Source of the DNA: the human T2T-CHM13v2.0 reference genome, Homo sapiens
Direction: 5' to 3' (one strand)
DNA: 64,000 bases
Assembly: GCF_009914755.1 (NCBI RefSeq)
Contig: NC_060941.1
A program made the position numbers and the translations under genes. Position 1 is the stretch's first letter, and each line of letters opens with the position of its first letter. Positions 58,541 to 64,000 of this stretch are shown one piece after another. Under the pieces are notes generated by a model. The model saw only the letters and a program-made list of their open reading frames with translations, was not told where the DNA came from and did not search any database.

Positions 58541-59069
58541 TCATTTCATGTGGGTGATCACAGAATGTTGGCATTTCAGCATAAACCATATTTCAGTAGT
58601 GAAAGGGATATAAACTCTTATGTAGATTTGGTTTTGCTGCCATTTTCTCTTCCCTGAGTTGTAACATACACAATGGAGCATGCCCTTATTGGCTGCCTCC
58701 TTTACCTTTTCTAAAGTTCCTGTCTATTTCGTTTTGTCTTTGTGGTGTCAATGTACTGTCCAGCATTTGGCTTTATACTCATAAGCTAGACTACTGAAGG
58801 AAGTAAACATTTATCTTGGATCTATCTGGTATAGTGTTTTCCATCCTTCAGTATTTCTGATGTCTAAGGGAGGAAAACCTCCAGATATCATTGAAGGGGG
58901 AAGAGGGGGAGGCTGTCACTCTGTGGCACATTAAGACACAGTATAGAACAGGAGACTACTATTATTTCAAGGTTCTTTGAAAGTTCTTTAGGATATGACA
59001 GAATATATATGTATGTGTGTGTGTGTGTGATTTGAAAATCTGGATCATACAATCACATTTTAGGGGATC

Positions 59070-59400
59070 AATCTGACAAACATTTATTGAATGTCTAATA
59101 TGTGCTGACAGCCCACAATCCTTTGGAGATGCCAGTGTATGTAATACAATGCAGGTAAATGGTGGTAGGCAACAGCTATGATAACTGATCAAGTAAAATG
59201 CAAGACAGGAAGGGGTTGAGTCCAACCTGGGGCAACTAGGAAGCCAGCTAGAGAAGAGGGAGTTTGAGCATGGCCTGGAAGGATGAGTGGGTGGATGGGA
59301 GGATGGGAAAGGCACTCCAGGTGGAAGGCACAGGGCTGGGTTTGCGGAATGATGATGAATAATCCTGTGAGGCTGGGGTTTGGGGCATGAGTTTCACATG
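59070..59400 (-). mobile_element. L2 LINE 3' fragment
   Basis: 'acaaacatttattgaatgtctaatatgtgc...ggaaaggcactccaggtggaagg'. Confidence 0.7.
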
Positions 59401-60199
59401 TAGGAGGTAAGATGAAAGGTAGGCTCAGTATTTCAGGTCATGGTTTCAAATCCTCTTCAAAATAAGTGTAGGTCATGAAGCTGCAGTGTTATGAGAAAAC
59501 TGTTTTTAACTATGAGTGTTCCTAGCTTATTATTTCCCCTGTGTGCTCAAGAGTTTCTGGCTTCACTAGTTCAGGTCCTTCCCAGGCTCACCATCATCCA
59601 AGGAGGGCTCTGCCATTCTCAGTCAAGTGTTTTGGCCTTGTGATGCAGCATGGGGAGAATGTGGAGAATAAGATACTTAGGTTGACAGTAGAAGACAGGG
59701 AGCAAAGAAGCAGTCTCCACCCCATATCTTCAAGGATTAAGAGAGACAGGGCAGAATGGCATGGGACTGTGAGAGAGTTCTGGGACAGGAGAGTGAGAGG
59801 CTCCAGGGAGTTCTGGGGATTTTGAAAAAGGAGGAGAAGTTGCCTTGTAAAATGGGCTACAGGTATTTTTGAGGACAGAAATTCCTACTTTTGTTGTGCT
59901 TCTGTGAATGTGATACTTCTTCAGGACTGGGTCCTGGTGTCAAAGGGATAGACAGCTCAGTGTGAGATTGCATGTGATTTTCCATGGTCTGGAGGCTATA
60001 TTATATTTATTAACCACATATTATACCAAGAGAGAGTGATGAGGGGTGAGCCTAAAAATGAAGTGGATCAGAATCTTTTAGCATTTTGCTCCTCCATGAA
60101 TTCTCTATTTAATGATTAATGTTTGTTGAATAGATTGAGATGGTTCTCACTGTATATATTAATTACTGCTTAACAATAATGTGTTTTCTCTTAATCCTG

Positions 60200-60898
60200 T
60201 CACATCTCTTTAATGGCTGCCTTAAACTTCCACTTTCCAGTCTCCCTAAGCTCTAGGCCAGTCCCTGCTCCATGGCTTTTTACTCTTAGTAAATGGCTTT
60301 GCCTTCTCCTCCCTTCAAGTAAAAATATCTCCGTATCTTCATTCTCTTCTATCCTTTAACTCCTTTCTCTAAGGAATGAGTCCCCTGCCTGTTAGCCAGG
60401 ACTGATTCTTGTATAGTATTGACTGACCCATTTCTACCTTTCCAGGACCTGATTCTACCCATTATCTTCTCTTTTAGACTGGTTCTTTCTCATATGCTGG
60501 AAAATCAGCTCAGATCTCCCCTCTCCTAAAACTAAAACAAAATAACCAAAAAGCTCCTCTCTCCTCCTACCATTTATCCCTTTCATTCTTTTCACCAAAC
60601 AACTTTTTTTAGGTAACATATACCCACAGCCTCTAGTTTCTGAGTACTCACTCACTCTAAGATCACTAATAACTAGGCTTGTTTTTAGTAGACTACTGAA
60701 ACTGCTCCTTGGAAGATGAGCAAAGATCTTCTTGTTTTGTTTCCTCTCTATTCCCACCAACCCTTCCCATCAGCCCAATATCCAACAAATTATAAATTTT
60801 CAGGGAGATTCCCAATTACCTATCTTTATATTCCTTCAGCACCTAGCATTATGCATTGCACATGGTAGAGACTCCATGAGTATTTGAATTGAATCTAG
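60200..60898 (+). mobile_element. L2 LINE fragments
   Basis: Pyrimidine-rich internal part and terminus 'cagcacctagcattatgcattgcacatggtagagactccatgagtatttgaattgaat'. Confidence 0.6.
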
Positions 60899-61244
<346 letters not shown>

Positions 61245-62199
61245 TTATGGTCCCCTGGCTCCTGATTTTCTTCCACCATGTTAGGAACCTTGCAGTAGTC
61301 TCAGTGCTACAACTGGCATCAGGGCACATAGCTTTCTTTAATGAGCTTACAGAAATAGGAAATATCTCATCCTCAGTTGTACACAACAAAATTTTTAAAA
61401 AATTATCATTTATCAAAAAATATAATGAAGACTATGTTATTTTGATTTTCTGTTGAGATTATAGGAAACCAACAATAAATAATCCAACGTAAAATAGCGT
61501 ATCATAATGATCAATGGTAGTGATCAACAACTTAAAAATGAATTCAAAACATGCTAATTAGCCAAACTTATCAAGTGAGTCTCCCACTGACCCAAACATA
61601 AACCACTTTTTATATTATTTGATAGCCTATATTTCTTGAGCATTTTCCCAGAAAGTGCTTCAGGTGGCTGATATGATATATACTAAACTATATCCAGGAA
61701 TTGAGCCAATCACTACTATAATAATATATTGATAGGACATCTTTAATAAATATGATTTTTTTTTTCTGCAGAGGGTAGAAGAACACATATTCTTACTTCA
61801 AATCCAAACACTTAAAGATAATCAATGAGATGTAGGGACTTTTGTACTACTATGTTGCTCTTGCGTGTCTTATATTGCTATGGAATTTCACTAACAGGAA
61901 GTGAAGTTTCCTTCTCCCCTCCATTTCATGGAAAACCTTTAAGAGTGGTGAGGAGCAGCTGAAGTGCCACTCAACTTCTTTCACATGTATATATGCTGAA
62001 GTTACTCCGCCAATTCTCTACCCTACCTTGCTGTCCACCTTATTGCAAGCAATATGAAATGCCCAAGGAAGTCAATACTAGCTTACTATAGTTGTTTACT
62101 TGTAGCATTCCTTTAGAATGGGCCTAACCACCAAAAATACAAAGAATCCATGAGTTTCTGTGGTGCATTCTAATGCTCAGTTAAAATCCATCCTCTTTG

Positions 62200-62300
62200 T
62201 CACTATTTGGTTCAACAGTTTAGGTCAACAAACACTCTGGGAGCACTTACTTGGGGACAGGCATTGTGCTAGGGCTGCAAAAAGCCAGAATCCAGTGAGG
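62200..62300 (-). mobile_element. L2 3' relic
   Basis: 'tcaacaaacactctgggagcacttacttggggacaggcattgtgctaggg'. Confidence 0.55.
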
Positions 62301-64000
62301 GATAGAGATTTGTAAGCACAGAATTTCCATATAAGACTGGTAGTGATTTGAAGAAGTCAAATCACAGTGAATAATAATTTTAAAAGAGTGAGCTGTGTTT
62401 TGGGCAATTATATATTTTAAACTTTATCTTAAAATATAGAATTGCTCAAATTTAAAAGTTGAAATTTAAGTTTTTAAAGATCAATGAAATGCTACAAAAA
62501 TAATATATAAACAAGTACAAAGTGAAAAAACAAGACAAAAACATTGACTAGCTTAGTCACTGAACAGATTGTTCTCAAAATAAAGATCTTTAAAGGTAGC
62601 AAACTTGGCCAAAGAAATATTGGAGAGTCTTACTTCACAAGCAACTTTAAATTTGCTTTCTGGTTATGCTAAGACATTACCAGGTGATGAGCATTCCAAG
62701 GCCACTGTCCTGTGATACTGTGGTGGGAAAGGGGGTCTCCTGGTCACAGTATGGTTTTCTCTTTTGAAGGCTCTCTATCCCTAGATATTCTAGTTCAAAT
62801 CATTTCTCATCTCAACCACTTCAAATAAACTATGAATAGTCTTTTACCTTAATGCCTATGCAATTCATCAAATACTACTCAGTAGTCTTGGAAATATAAA
62901 TAGATGAGCATTTTACTCTTAAGAAGCACTTTATTCACCTGGTCTCACTACAGCTCTATGACCAAAGTTGTTGAGTGAGTATGCTAAGACCATATTGAAC
63001 ACACATAAAGGAGGCAGACTTTAAAGGGACCGCTTTCCTTCAGGCTCCTCAATTTTTGTGGCTATAGAACCATCTTATGTCAGAAAACTATATATGTGCA
63101 AAATATTAGTTTTCTGACAAAATATCTGTAGAATACACAGGCTTGGGGAAAAACCTTCAAAAATTTGACTCCAATGGGTATTTCCAAGATGAAATACAGT
63201 CCTCTGAATTTATCATACCTAGGACACATAGAAGGTTGCTAGATAATAAGGGGATATTTTCTTGCTATCTATGAAATAAACTGTCAATGTTTGGGAAACC
63301 CTAAGGCGTACAGGTCACTAGACTATTCAGGAGTGTGAATGCTAAGGTTATAACTGGGGATTATACACAGAAACATCATAATATGTGTGAGATTTCATAT
63401 TTTGTTTTTATCACATCACCTCAATAGACACTAAGGAAACAGAAGTAAACTTGGGAATGGCTGTGAGTTTTCAAGTTAAAAGAAAAAATGAAAGAGTTTT
63501 AAATTCACAATCAGCTATATTACTTGATTTTAAAAGAAGGGATGATTTGCTACATCTAATGTAATACCAAAGTATTATATAACTAAAGTAACTATAAATT
63601 AAGCATAATGGACCTCTATAAAAAACACTTATTTTATGTAATAATGACACTTACAGACATTTTTGTATATGCATTTTTGGAAAATCCAACTTTTAAATAC
63701 AGATAAGGAAAGGAAGTCTCTAACCTGTCTAATTCCTGGTTCTATCATACAAGAGGATAAAGACATTTTGGAGTAGATTCCTTTGAAAGTTACAATAATA
63801 GCTGGAAGAACAGAAAGCAATGTAGATAAGCAAAGAACAAAAGTGTGGGAGAATGATGGGAAATTCTTAATTTCAGCTGCAGGAGGTGATGTAGAAGTTA
63901 TAGAAGGTAGTGTAGAATTGTGTAGAAGACAGAGACAAGCTCATCTCCACTTCTAAAAATTAGAGCTAATGGGCTTCTGCTGTATCACGAGAGACTCAGA

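Overview
AT-rich primate (human-like) non-coding genomic DNA. I find no credible protein-coding gene, rRNA, tRNA, CRISPR array or CpG island. The longer ORFs in the track are Alu read-throughs, microsatellite translations or chance frames. The window holds about 26 Alu copies (J, S and Y types, with 10 packed into 27.9-34.3 kb), many old MIR/L2/L1M/LTR/MER5 relics and several microsatellites. It also has repeat-poor stretches (about 10-20 kb and 50.6-59 kb) with CpG-retaining unique blocks that look like conserved enhancers, as in an intron of a long regulatory gene. I cannot identify the host gene. The most notable things seen directly are: a near-perfect 58-bp-arm inverted repeat (9547-9688); a 17-nt hY3 RNA 3' retro-fragment sharing one target-site duplication (TSD) with an Alu (29747-30138); a four-layer MER5>AluJ>2xAluS nest (33.2-34.3 kb); a TSD-flanked AluY left-monomer-only insertion; and several template-switch or templated-insertion scars. 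I do not see evidence for a new biological system. Repeat family and subfamily calls come from remembered consensus sequences, and boundaries of old repeats are approximate.
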